From: an uncultured Chloroflexia bacterium
Lineage (GTDB): Bacteria > Chloroflexota > Anaerolineae > Anaerolineales > DRKV01
Length of the DNA: 64,000 nt
Direction of reading: 5' to 3'
Assembly: GCA_963824065.1 (NCBI GenBank)
Contig: CAWGNX010000001.1
Coordinates: 435,825 to 499,824, forward strand
Below, piece by piece: positions 20,642-30,045 of the stretch. How positions within the stretch are numbered: position 1 is the stretch's first letter; every line of letters begins with the position of its first letter. Under the pieces are notes generated by a model. It made no database searches and was not told the DNA's origin. It saw only the letters and a list, made by a program, of their open reading frames with translations. A program made the translations under genes and the position numbers.

Positions 20642-20659
20642 GCGCAGCAGCTGCTGCGC
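20642..20659. repeat. Perfect 18-bp palindrome GCGCAGCAGCTGCTGCGC
   Basis: The segment is self-complementary as read. It lies 39 nt downstream of the Rrf2 stop. Its function is unknown. Confidence 0.3.
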
Positions 20660-20758
20660 AGAGCTGTCTTTGGCTGGCAGGCCCAACTGTCACTAGAACG
20701 GGGCACCGGGCCTGTTTTTCTAGCCACCGGTTTCTAAGCATCTTGGATTCCATAAAAT

Positions 20759-20796
20759 CCCTCCGCTGGACGTATAATCTAGGCGGAGGTTTTTTT
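20759..20796 (+). terminator. Intrinsic terminator between the Rrf2 gene and hutU
   Basis: The stem CCTCCGC / GCGGAGG with a 16-nt loop is followed by T7. Confidence 0.6.
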
Positions 20797-20897
20797 ACGC
20801 CACTGTTAGGCGGCGTATCGCAGGCACGCGGGTGATGCCCCCAGCCTGCCTAAGAGGCCGCCTGACCGCACCCAAACCACCTGCCTGGAGGCTGCTA

Positions 20898-22550
20898 ATG
20901 ACCGGTCCACGAATTGTCCACGCTCCGCGCGGCACACAACTCACCTGCAAAAATTGGCTCGCTGAAGCGGCTTTCCGGATGATCCAAAACAACCTGGACC
21001 CATCTGTCGCCGAACGTCCCGACGACCTGGTGGTTTATGGAGGACGCGGCCAGGCTGCCCGCAGCTGGGAGGCTTTTGATGCAATCCTGGATTCCTTGCG
21101 TGAGCTTGAAGATGATGAGACCCTGCTTGTGCAGTCCGGCAAGCCGGTTGTCATCTTTAAGACTCACCCGGACGCCCCACGTGTTCTGATTGCCAATTCA
21201 AATCTGGTCCCCCATTGGGCCACCCAGGAACATTTCGATGCGCTTGCAGCCCGCGGCTTGATGATGTACGGGCAGATGACTGCCGGTTCCTGGATCTACA
21301 TCGGCACCCAGGGCATTCTGCAGGGCACCTATGAAACCCTGGGTTCGCTTGCCCGCCAGTGTGGCTGGGGTTCATTGAAGGGTAAGTTTGTCCTGACCGC
21401 TGGTCTGGGCGGCATGGGCGGTGCCCAACCACTGGCAATTACGATGAATGAAGGTGTGGGATTGGTTGTAGAAGTCGATCCGGAGCGAGCCCGGCGCCGG
21501 CATGAAATCGGTTATGTTGATTATGTCGTCGACACCCTCGAAGAGGCGATGACCCTAGTAGAAGAGGCCGTGGCAGCTGAAGTCCCGCGTTCGGTGGGCC
21601 TGATCGCCAACGCTGCCGACATCTACCCGGAGCTGGCTTTACGCGGCATTATCCCAGATGTTGTCACCGACCAGACGCCTGCCCATGATGTCTCCATGTA
21701 TGTTCCCTCGGGTCTGACGGTCGCGGCGGCAGACGCACTGCGCCGGTCAGATCCGGGTGAATACGCCCATCTCTCAAATGCATCCATGGCCCGCCATGTC
21801 GAAGCTATGCTGAAATTCAAGCAGCGCGGCGCTGAGGTCTTTGATTATGGGAACAACCTTCGCCAGCGCGCTTATGATTTTGGCGTTCACAACGCATTCG
21901 ACTTCCCCGGTTTCGTACCGGCTTACATCCGCCCGTTGTTTTGCGAGGGCAAAGGCCCGTTTCGTTGGGTTGCCCTTTCGGGTGACCCCGAAGATATTTA
22001 CCGCACCGACGAGACCGTCAAAGAGCTTTTCCCGGAGGATGAGCACCTGCAGCGCTGGCTGCGAATGGCCCGTGAAAAAGTACCCTTCCAGGGATTGCCT
22101 GCCCGTATTTGCTGGCTGGGATACGGTGAGCGCGCCCGTGCCGGGCTGGCTTTTAACGATCTAGTCGCCCGTGGCATTGTCCAGGCGCCGATCGTCATCG
22201 GGCGCGATCACCTGGATTCAGGCTCGGTTGCCTCTCCGAACCGGGAAACCGAAGCCATGCTAGATGGCACCGATGCGGTCTCTGACTGGCCCATTCTGAA
22301 TGCGCTGATTAACGCGGTTGGCGGAGCAACCTGGGTTTCGTTCCATCACGGTGGTGGGGTTGGCATAGGATACAGCCAGCATGCTGGGCAGGTAATCGTT
22401 GCAGACGGCAGCCCGGCTGCGGCCCGGCGCCTGGAGCGTGTACTCACCTCTGATCCAGGCATGGGGATAGTCCGCCATGCCGACGCCGGTTACGAGCAGG
22501 CGATTGCCGCGGCCCGCCACCACGGCATCAAAATGCCCATGTTGAAGTGA
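20898..22550 (+). CDS. hutU: Urocanate hydratase
   Basis: The sequence is similar to urocanase over its full length ([13 protein letters not shown]..., [10 protein letters not shown], ...). The start is set at [12 protein letters not shown] (ATG 20898). Confidence 0.95.
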   Translation: MTGPRIVHAPRGTQLTCKNWLAEAAFRMIQNNLDPSVAERPDDLVVYGGRGQAARSWEAFDAILDSLRELEDDETLLVQSGKPVVIFKTHPDAPRVLIANSNLVPHWATQEHFDALAARGLMMYGQMTAGSWIYIGTQGILQGTYETLGSLARQCGWGSLKGKFVLTAGLGGMGGAQPLAITMNEGVGLVVEVDPERARRRHEIGYVDYVVDTLEEAMTLVEEAVAAEVPRSVGLIANAADIYPELALRGIIPDVVTDQTPAHDVSMYVPSGLTVAAADALRRSDPGEYAHLSNASMARHVEAMLKFKQRGAEVFDYGNNLRQRAYDFGVHNAFDFPGFVPAYIRPLFCEGKGPFRWVALSGDPEDIYRTDETVKELFPEDEHLQRWLRMAREKVPFQGLPARICWLGYGERARAGLAFNDLVARGIVQAPIVIGRDHLDSGSVASPNRETEAMLDGTDAVSDWPILNALINAVGGATWVSFHHGGGVGIGYSQHAGQVIVADGSPAAARRLERVLTSDPGMGIVRHADAGYEQAIAAARHHGIKMPMLK

Positions 22551-22554
22551 TCCG

Positions 22555-23172
22555 ATGAAATCTTCACTCTTCTGGTTTGTTTTGACTCTGGTAAGCATTA
22601 TCGCCCTGACCTTTCTCGGTCCGTCCGAAAAAAGCCTGGGAAGCAACGTGCGTGTCGTTTACCTGCACGGGGCCTGGGTCTGGACGGCGTTGGTGGGTTT
22701 TATCAGCGCAGCGGTTGCCGGCGCGGCAGGACTGGTCACCCATAAAGATTACCTGCATCGCTGGTCCACTGCGCTCGGCCGCACCGGCTTGTTTTTCTGG
22801 ATCACATACCTGCCGCTTTCCATGTGGGCCAGCCAGCTTAATTGGAACGGCTTGTTCCTGGCGGAGCCACGCTGGAAGGTTGCGTTTGTTTTTTCTGTGG
22901 TCGGGCTGCTGCTCCAGCTTGGACTGGCGCTGATCGACCGTCCAAGCCTGGCTTCTATTGGTAACGTCCTCTTCCTGGTCGCACTCACTATCGGCTTAAG
23001 TGCTGCCGACCGGGTCCTGCATCCCGTCTCGCCGATCTTCACCTCGGGATCGCTGCGCCTCCAGCTCTTTTTCATTAGCCTGGTCGCCCTGACTATGCTG
23101 GCTGGCGCACAAATTGCCGGGTGGTGGTTTCGCCGGGACAACCGCCGGACAGCGCCGCTGCGCGAGCAGTAG
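22555..23172 (+). CDS. Hypothetical polytopic membrane protein
   Basis: It starts 4 nt after the hutU stop and has six hydrophobic segments. The segment VRVVYLHGAWVWTA faintly recalls the CcmC/CcsA heme-handling motif, but the W-rich motif is not conserved. Confidence 0.55.
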   Translation: MKSSLFWFVLTLVSIIALTFLGPSEKSLGSNVRVVYLHGAWVWTALVGFISAAVAGAAGLVTHKDYLHRWSTALGRTGLFFWITYLPLSMWASQLNWNGLFLAEPRWKVAFVFSVVGLLLQLGLALIDRPSLASIGNVLFLVALTIGLSAADRVLHPVSPIFTSGSLRLQLFFISLVALTMLAGAQIAGWWFRRDNRRTAPLREQ

Positions 23173-23201
23173 CTCCGAACTGACCTACAGAGCTACCTGC
23201 C

Positions 23202-24395
23202 TTGACGCGCGCCGTTCGACTCCAAATTCTGCTGCTCGCGGCTCTCCGGACCATTCTCAATACTGGCTACCGGATGGCATACCCCTTCCTGCCTGTATTC
23301 GCTCGCGGCCTGGGTGTTGAGCTTTCCGCCATCGCACAAGTACTTTCTGCTCGAGCGCTGTTGAGCGCTCTGGCGCCATTACTGGCAACTGTGACGGATG
23401 CTCAGGGCCGGAAGACCGGCTTCCTGATGGGGATAGGTTTATTCTCTTTTGGATTTGGCCTGGTTGCCTTCTACCCGCGCTTCTGGACATTCGCTCTGGC
23501 GATGATCCTGGCAGCCCTCGGAAAAGCTGTGTTTGATCCCTCCCTGCATGCGTATGCTGGAGACCAGGTCCCCTACGAGCGGCGGGGCACTGCCGTCGCG
23601 ATCATCGAAATAAGCTGGTCTGCCAGTTATATCTTGGGCATTCCCCTGGCTGGTTTCCTGATCGGGCGTTTTGGCTGGTCATCACCGTTTGGCGCGTTGA
23701 GCGTGCTTGGCCTGTTTACCCTGCTGATTGTCCAGCGTGGAATTCCTTCTGATCGGGCGCAATTCCGGCGCGCCCCCGGTGAGCCGAGGCCGGCATTCTA
23801 CAAAAATCTGGGGACCGTGCTCACCAACGGTCCAGCCCTGGCTGGGCTTGCGATCGGTGTCTGCATGGCCGCTGCGAACGAAACGATCAATTTGGTGTTC
23901 GGTGTGTGGATTGAAGACAGCTTTGGCCTGCAGCTCGCTGCGCTTGGCATAGCTTCTGTTGTGATTGGCTTGTCAGAGTTATCGGGCGAAGGCCTGGTTG
24001 GACTGCTCACCGATCGGCTGGGAAAAATTCGGGCGATTAGCATCGGAATCAGTTTAAATTGTGCGGCCGCGTTGCTTTTACCCGTTTTCGGTCAGTCACT
24101 GCCGGGCGCGCTGGTTGGGCTGTTTTTGTTTTACATCACCTTCGAATTCACACTGGTGAGCAGTATCCCTCTGCTCACCGAGCTGATACCCGAGGCACGT
24201 GCTACATTGTTGGCTACCAGCATCGCCGCGTTTTCTTTGGGGCGCGCCGTTGGGGCATGGGTGGCGGCTCCCGTATACGGGTATGGTATTTGGGCCAGTG
24301 CCGTGCTGGCTGTCTGTTTCAACCTGCTGGCAGTAATTTTCCTGATCCCACTCGCCCGGGCAATGCGCGCCCGTCTAGGAAAACCCCCCGCGTGA
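23202..24395 (+). CDS. MFS transporter
   Basis: The architecture has about 12 TM segments. An MFS-like loop motif (TDAQGRK) follows TM2. The start codon is TTG. Confidence 0.85.
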   Translation: MTRAVRLQILLLAALRTILNTGYRMAYPFLPVFARGLGVELSAIAQVLSARALLSALAPLLATVTDAQGRKTGFLMGIGLFSFGFGLVAFYPRFWTFALAMILAALGKAVFDPSLHAYAGDQVPYERRGTAVAIIEISWSASYILGIPLAGFLIGRFGWSSPFGALSVLGLFTLLIVQRGIPSDRAQFRRAPGEPRPAFYKNLGTVLTNGPALAGLAIGVCMAAANETINLVFGVWIEDSFGLQLAALGIASVVIGLSELSGEGLVGLLTDRLGKIRAISIGISLNCAAALLLPVFGQSLPGALVGLFLFYITFEFTLVSSIPLLTELIPEARATLLATSIAAFSLGRAVGAWVAAPVYGYGIWASAVLAVCFNLLAVIFLIPLARAMRARLGKPPA

Positions 24396-24456
24396 GCTGC
24401 TGAGCGTTTTCCAACTGGCAGGTTTGTTTGTTGAAATTTCACTGCGTTCCCGGCGC

Positions 24457-24485
24457 TTCCCGCCCATCCCATCCTCCGTTATAAT
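24457..24485 (+). promoter_or_regulatory. Candidate promoter abutting the start codon (leaderless or near-leaderless)
   Basis: TATAAT (24480-24485) ends 9 nt before ATG 24495 and no SD sequence is present. The -35 element is weak (TTCCCG). The 12-mer GTTATAATGCAC is shared with 48691-48702. Confidence 0.4.
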
Positions 24486-24494
24486 GCACCTAAT

Positions 24495-25319
24495 ATGAAA
24501 CGCTCACCACGCATTTTCTGGATTGGGGTCTTCCTGGTCCTATTTGGATTGGCTTTCAGTACCTCCCTGGCACCAGCCTGGGCAGCGCCTCACCAACAGC
24601 CCACACCTTTCCCCACCCCTACCCCGGGTCCAGACGGACGGATTATTTACATCGTCCAGGAGGGCGACACGCTCTTCCGGATCTCCGCGATAAGCGGGAT
24701 ATCCGTTGACGAAATCCGTGCGCTTAACAACCTGGGGGCAGACGATATCATTGCTGTGGGCCAGCAACTGCTACTTGGTCTGGCTGGCCCTGCCCTGCCC
24801 ACCCAGGCCCCTGCTCAAGAACAGGCCACACCAACCCTGTCTCCATCTCCTACCCCTTCAATCAGCAGCGGTACCCTGTGCATCCTTTTATTCAACGATA
24901 CGAATGGCGATGCCCTCCGCCAGGTAACGGAACCCCCCATCGCTGGCGGTGCAATCAGTATCAGCGAGCGTGCCGGTCAAACTTCGCTGACTGCGGAAAC
25001 GAACTCTGCCCTGGATGAAGATGGGCTTCCCATCCCTGAATGCTTTCAAGATCTGCCGGTTGGGGATTACAATATCACGATCGCCGCTCCGGAAGGTTTT
25101 AACCCGACCACCCTGATGAATTATGCTCTGCAGCTCGCGGGCGGCGACGAAACCTACCTGGATTTTGGCGCCCAGCCGAATTCGGAAGCTCTGGCAGAAA
25201 CACCGGTCGTTGAGAGCCCTGTGGGAGGGTCCAATGCCCCGCTGTTCGGGATTCTGGGAATTGTGCTGATTGCCGGGGGGATTGGCCTGGCGATATATGC
25301 CTTCCGCTTGCGCCAATAG
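24495..25319 (+). CDS. Secreted LysM-domain protein with a C-terminal membrane anchor
   Basis: The protein has a signal peptide and a LysM domain (YIVQEGDTLFRISAISGISVDEIRALNNL). A Pro/Thr linker, a beta-rich domain and a C-terminal TM helix follow. Confidence 0.8.
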   Translation: MKRSPRIFWIGVFLVLFGLAFSTSLAPAWAAPHQQPTPFPTPTPGPDGRIIYIVQEGDTLFRISAISGISVDEIRALNNLGADDIIAVGQQLLLGLAGPALPTQAPAQEQATPTLSPSPTPSISSGTLCILLFNDTNGDALRQVTEPPIAGGAISISERAGQTSLTAETNSALDEDGLPIPECFQDLPVGDYNITIAAPEGFNPTTLMNYALQLAGGDETYLDFGAQPNSEALAETPVVESPVGGSNAPLFGILGIVLIAGGIGLAIYAFRLRQ

Positions 25320-25337
25320 AACTGCCAGCCAGAATTT

Positions 25338-26447
25338 TCACCCCTTTCCTCGCCCTAACACGTTTCGATAAGCTGCAGCCAATTTTTCTCGAAACTGATC
25401 GGTCTTCCAGCTGCCGGCTTGTTTAAGCGCCGCAGCCCGCAGACTGGTACTAACCTCTTCGTTCACAACGACTGCCAGCAGGGCCGCCCCCATCTGGCGC
25501 GTATCCCGTGCATCCAACAGAAATCCGGCAGAACCCACCAGGGCCTCCGCCAGGTGGGTGATTTCGGCGACAACTGGTTTTCCGCACGCCAGGGCGTAGC
25601 GCACCGGGCCACCCCAGGCTGAAACCTCCCCCAGATGAAATAATCCGGAGCTTCCCCGGTAGATCCCGGGGATTTGCTCGAGATGAAACTCGGGCAGCAC
25701 ATACAGGGAGCGTTCAAAACCAAGTTGGCGCACCTGCTCAAAAAAATCCTGCTCCAGGCCAGCGTCCGAAGCACCCAACATCGCCAGCGGAAATAATTCC
25801 CCGATGGATCCCGCCGCCCAGCTCCACGCAGCCAACAGGCGGCGCAGGTTGGAAGGATCCTGCGGGCCATGGTATAGCAGGTATGTCTCGGGCAGGCCGG
25901 CCTTCTCCAACACAGAAGGCTCAACGGCGTCATGCGGGTTAAAATCGGGAGCGACCAATCCGGGCAGCTCGTAAACCGGCGCTCCCAACCCAGGCGTCGG
26001 CAGACCTGCGGGCCAGAAAATGGCACTGGCGCGGCTCATACCACCACTTGCCAATGCCACTCGCAGGCGAGCCTTCCAACCTGCCTGACCGTTCCCGATC
26101 TCAATGCCATATCCCGCTGGACTGACTACAACCGGCAACCGACCGGTCAGGGCCGGGGTAGGTGTCACCAGGTGCAGCAGATTCGCACCCACCCGCTTCC
26201 CAATCTGGGCGAGGTTGATCTGCTCCCAGCGCAGGTGCTCTCCGGCAGTATCGCCAGCCTCCTCCAAAACAACCAGCGTATTCCCCAGGGTGAGAGGATA
26301 TTTCAATGGGCGCGGGAGCGCCAGGAAAGCTTCAAAGTTTTCTGGGAAATGGTTCAGCAGCTCCAGGAGATGGAGGGCTGCCGGGTGGTTGGGCTGGTAA
26401 ACCAGCGACCAGCCATCGAATAAGACTCGCACCGGTTGGCTGTTCAT
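25338..26447 (-). CDS. Glycosyltransferase family 1 (GT4-like)
   Basis: The C-terminal GT1 region reads SAWGGPVRYALACGKPVVAEI, with typical length and organisation. Confidence 0.75.
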   Translation of the reverse strand: MNSQPVRVLFDGWSLVYQPNHPAALHLLELLNHFPENFEAFLALPRPLKYPLTLGNTLVVLEEAGDTAGEHLRWEQINLAQIGKRVGANLLHLVTPTPALTGRLPVVVSPAGYGIEIGNGQAGWKARLRVALASGGMSRASAIFWPAGLPTPGLGAPVYELPGLVAPDFNPHDAVEPSVLEKAGLPETYLLYHGPQDPSNLRRLLAAWSWAAGSIGELFPLAMLGASDAGLEQDFFEQVRQLGFERSLYVLPEFHLEQIPGIYRGSSGLFHLGEVSAWGGPVRYALACGKPVVAEITHLAEALVGSAGFLLDARDTRQMGAALLAVVVNEEVSTSLRAAALKQAGSWKTDQFREKLAAAYRNVLGRGKG

Positions 26448-27464
26448 TTAAGCCACACTCCACCAATCAACGCCTTCGCCCAAACCCATTTCTGCCAGAC
26501 GGCTGCGGATCAAGTCGCGCGCCCCTCGCACGCCCACTGCTGCCAGCAAAGCTGGTTGCGCATACCGGCGCCACAAACCAGGTAGTTCCTCCGCTGCCAG
26601 GACATGCACTCCGCGGCGCTGGCGCCCGATTTTACGCGGGTCAATATCAATAAATGCCACCAATGGAGGTTTGCCCTGGTTTAGGTAGCGGCTGATCCGG
26701 CGCCCCATCATTCCCGCACCCCAGATGAACAGCGCGTCCCGCTCGTGCAGCGGCCCCGCGGAAAGATAAGTGGCTTTGGCTTGCATGAACTTTTCTAATG
26801 CATAACGCGGATCGGTGTGGGTCAGCCGCCCTGGGTGCTCGCGCCACTCCAACAAGGTTTCAGGCACCTTTCCAAACCGATCTCCCCGCAGATAGAGCCG
26901 CAGCCACAAGTCGTAATCTTCTGCCCAGGCACACTCACGGTAGCCTCCGGCATCCAGAATCGCCCGCCTGCGGAACATAACGCTGGGATGCGGCAACGGG
27001 CTCTCAATAAAAATCGATTTGCGGATTTCCTCATCCTCCACGAGGCTGTTCATCCACTCCAAATAGGCCAACATGCCAGGACCCATGATGCTCGTCGGGT
27101 GCGCCCGCACCAGGCAGCCGACGACGGTAATCCCAGGGTTGGCCTCCAGGTAGGCTGCTTGCTGCGCCAGGCGTTCTGGCAAAGCTCGGTCATCAGCATC
27201 CATGCGCGCTACAAAATCGCCCTGGCAGGCATGCAAGCCCAGGGATAAAGCACTCACAATCCCACGATGAGGTTGTTTGAACACCCGCAGCCGGGGTTCT
27301 TTTCTGGACCACTTTTTGAGGATTGCCAGGCTGCTGTCCTGGGAGCCATCATCCACTACAACCAGCTCGTAATCCTGCAGGCTTTGGCTTACCAGGCTGT
27401 CCAGGGCTTCATCCAGGGTAGCTGCCGCATTGTAACAGGGCATCAGGACTGAGACCTTGGGCAT
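26448..27464 (-). CDS. Glycosyltransferase family 2 with an extra C-terminal domain
   Basis: The N-terminus VSVLMPCYNAAATLDEALDSLVSQSL...VVDDGSQD and a DxD motif (MDADD) are present. The start is set at MPKVSVLMP (27464). Confidence 0.85.
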   Translation of the reverse strand: MPKVSVLMPCYNAAATLDEALDSLVSQSLQDYELVVVDDGSQDSSLAILKKWSRKEPRLRVFKQPHRGIVSALSLGLHACQGDFVARMDADDRALPERLAQQAAYLEANPGITVVGCLVRAHPTSIMGPGMLAYLEWMNSLVEDEEIRKSIFIESPLPHPSVMFRRRAILDAGGYRECAWAEDYDLWLRLYLRGDRFGKVPETLLEWREHPGRLTHTDPRYALEKFMQAKATYLSAGPLHERDALFIWGAGMMGRRISRYLNQGKPPLVAFIDIDPRKIGRQRRGVHVLAAEELPGLWRRYAQPALLAAVGVRGARDLIRSRLAEMGLGEGVDWWSVA

Positions 27465-27618
27465 GCGAAGATTGTACTCGAGAAATTTTGCAGACTGCAT
27501 TATGATTAAGCCGATCTGTGCTGCTGCAAGGCGAGGGGTCTCGCCTCGCAACAGACTGGCAGGTACTCACGCGGATATTTTATATTGTTTATTTAAGCCA
27601 AACAGGAAGGGCCGGTTT

Positions 27619-28518
27619 ATGCACTACTTTCAAAACTCCTATCCCCCTCCACCTGATGTACTGAACCCAAATACCTGGACAGAATTCGCTGATCGCTTCA
27701 TGGAGTTTTTACCACGATTGGTCATCGCTCTGATCATATTTTCGATCGGCCTGTATATTGCCAAGCTGGTCAGCAAGCTCGTCCGCCTCGGTTTGGAGAA
27801 GCGCAAAGTGAAGCTCCAGATCATCCAGCTCATCAGCCGGATAACGTACTGGTCGGTGGTCGTGCTGATTACAACCATTGCCCTGTCGACGGTAGGCGTC
27901 AACCTGTCCGCCTTCCTGGCAGGCCTGGGCATCATCGGTTTCACGGTAGGGTTTGCCCTGCAAGATGTGAGCAAAAATTTTGTTGCCGGGCTGCTCTTGT
28001 TGATTTCGCAGCCCTTCCAGATCGGAGACACCATCTCAGTGGGTGGTTATATGGGAGTTGTGCAAACGATCGAGCTGCGTGCCACCGAACTGAAAATGCT
28101 CGATGGTCGCCAGGTGCTCATCCCCAACGCGGATGTCTTCTCCAGCCCGCTCACCAATTTCACCCGCAACCGGCTGCGGCGGGTGGAGATTAAGTGCGGT
28201 GTCGCTTACGGCACAAACCTTGAGAAAGCTCGCCAGATCGCATTAGATGCCATCCGTTCCATTCCTGGGGTATTGGCAGACCCTGCTCCCAGCGTCAATT
28301 ACAATGAATTTGGGGGCTCCTCGATCCTTTTTTCCCTGTTTTATTGGGTGGATACCATCGATCTGAAATTCTTGGACATGTCTGACGCCGGTGTCGTTGC
28401 CCTGGAGCAGGCTTTCGCCCAGGCCGGGATCGACATTCCTTACCCGACCCGCGTGGTCCAATTGCTCCAGCCAGGCAGCAGTCAAACTGCAGTGCAGGAC
28501 CAGAATACCGGTGCGTGA
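27619..28518 (+). CDS. Mechanosensitive ion channel (MscS family)
   Basis: Three TM segments are followed by the MscS beta-domain (PFQIGDTISVGGYMGVVQTIELRATELKMLDGRQVLIPN). The start is set at ATG 27619. Confidence 0.85.
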   Translation: MHYFQNSYPPPPDVLNPNTWTEFADRFMEFLPRLVIALIIFSIGLYIAKLVSKLVRLGLEKRKVKLQIIQLISRITYWSVVVLITTIALSTVGVNLSAFLAGLGIIGFTVGFALQDVSKNFVAGLLLLISQPFQIGDTISVGGYMGVVQTIELRATELKMLDGRQVLIPNADVFSSPLTNFTRNRLRRVEIKCGVAYGTNLEKARQIALDAIRSIPGVLADPAPSVNYNEFGGSSILFSLFYWVDTIDLKFLDMSDAGVVALEQAFAQAGIDIPYPTRVVQLLQPGSSQTAVQDQNTGA

Positions 28519-28558
28519 GACCGTCGGACAGCGACCTGGAGCAGGGACTGGCATCCCA

Positions 28559-29823
28559 TTAAACGGCTTCCAATCCCTGCTCCAGGTCGGCAATCAGATC
28601 TGCGACGTTTTCAATTCCCACGGATAGGCGCACCAGCCCATCAGTGATGCCCATCTTCTGGCGTTCGGGCGCGGGCACCGAAGAATGAGTCATGCTGGCA
28701 GGGTGCTGGATCAAGGTATCCACATTTCCCAGGCTGACCGCCAGGGTTGCCACCCGCACTCTGTTCATCAATGTTTCACCGGCTGCCAGCCCTCCCTTCA
28801 GCTCAAAAGAGAGCATCCCGCCAAACGAGCTCATCTGCCGCCGGGCAATATCGCTCCCGGGATGGTTTTCCAAACCTGGATAATAAACGGTCGCCACTTT
28901 CGGGTGGTCTGCCAGGTAGCGGGCAACTTGCAAGGCATTCGCGCAGTGGCGCTCCATGCGCACTTCAAACGTTTTAACCCCAGGTTGGTCAACCAGGTAT
29001 CGAACGGGCTTGCCACTGCTCCCATATATTTGAGCAGGTACGCGGCCCTGGTCTGGATGAATTCCACATGGCGGCTGATGGCTGCTCCACCCACAACTGC
29101 GCCGTGCCCGGTCAGATACTTTGTCGTTGAGTGCAGCACGACATCAGCTCCAAGGGTAAGCGGTCGCTGGCAGTAGGGCGTGGCAAATGTGTTGTCCACC
29201 AGCAACCAGGCACCATGCCGATGGGCGATATCGGCAGCTGCAGCTAAATCGGTGATCGACATGACCGGGTTCATAGGTGACTCCGCAAAAGCCAGCACCG
29301 CTCCCGGATTGCGGGCAAAGGCGTCTTCCCAGGCTGCGGGGAGGGGATCATCCACCCATTCCACCTGAATTCCCAGGCGCGGCAGAATATTTTGGAGCAC
29401 CAGGAATGTATTACCGTAGACGGCTCGTTGGACAATGATCGTATCCCCGGCCTTCGCCAGGGCCAGCAGCAGGGTATTGATTGCTGCCATCCCTGACGAA
29501 AACACCAACCCGGCTGCGGTCTCTTCGAGCGTGGCAGCCGGATTGCCAACCAGCAGGTCGAATGCTTCCAGGGCTGCAATTTTTTTCGCCAGCAAGTCAT
29601 GGTTGGGATTACCCAGGCGCGAGTAGATGAAGCCTGGTTGTTGGCCTGCAAAAATTTCTGCCCCGCTTTGTACATCCGGGAAACAAAACGCTGCCGATTG
29701 GTAGAGCGGCATCACGTGCGCAAAATATGGATTTTGATACTCTCCCAGGTGGGTAACCAGCGTCCCGATGCCCATGGGAGATTTTTTTTGGGAGTCGTCC
29801 TGCGCGGATGGTGAACGAGCCAT
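28559..29823 (-). pseudogene. Cys/Met-metabolism PLP-dependent enzyme (methionine gamma-lyase / cystathionine gamma-synthase / OAH sulfhydrylase family), split by a 1-nt deletion as read (probably sequence error)
   Basis: ORF 28831..29976 carries the PLP lysine (HSTTKY) and runs to ...FDTWLTNLGLK. ORF 28559..28963 continues in another phase with (T)FEVRMERHCANALQVARYL... The junction is a 4-nt homopolymer run at 28972-28975 (A on the coding strand), where 5 would restore the frame. Confidence 0.85.
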
Positions 29824-30045
29824 GCCTGCCTCCTTGATTACAGATCGTTTTATTATATGCCCGCCGCGCCATGGTGCGAATGTTGCAACGTTCTTTTTTA
29901 CCACCCAAGGAGCATCCTGGAGCCAGTTCTGGTAAAATAGGCCAACCTGCCGCACATCTGCGGTTTTGGCAGGCACGGATATGGCGGGAACTCGCCCGCC
30001 CAGTCAACCGTCTTACTTGTAACGAGGCCCGAAAAGAATTTACTT

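Noticed and set aside
29824-30045. A possible SAM-type riboswitch upstream of the Cys/Met PLP enzyme gene
   Set aside because: A promoter-like TTCGCA-17-TATAAT lies only about 35 nt from the start codon, leaving no room for an aptamer. No SAM-I, SAM-II or SAM-IV consensus blocks could be recognised in the spacer.
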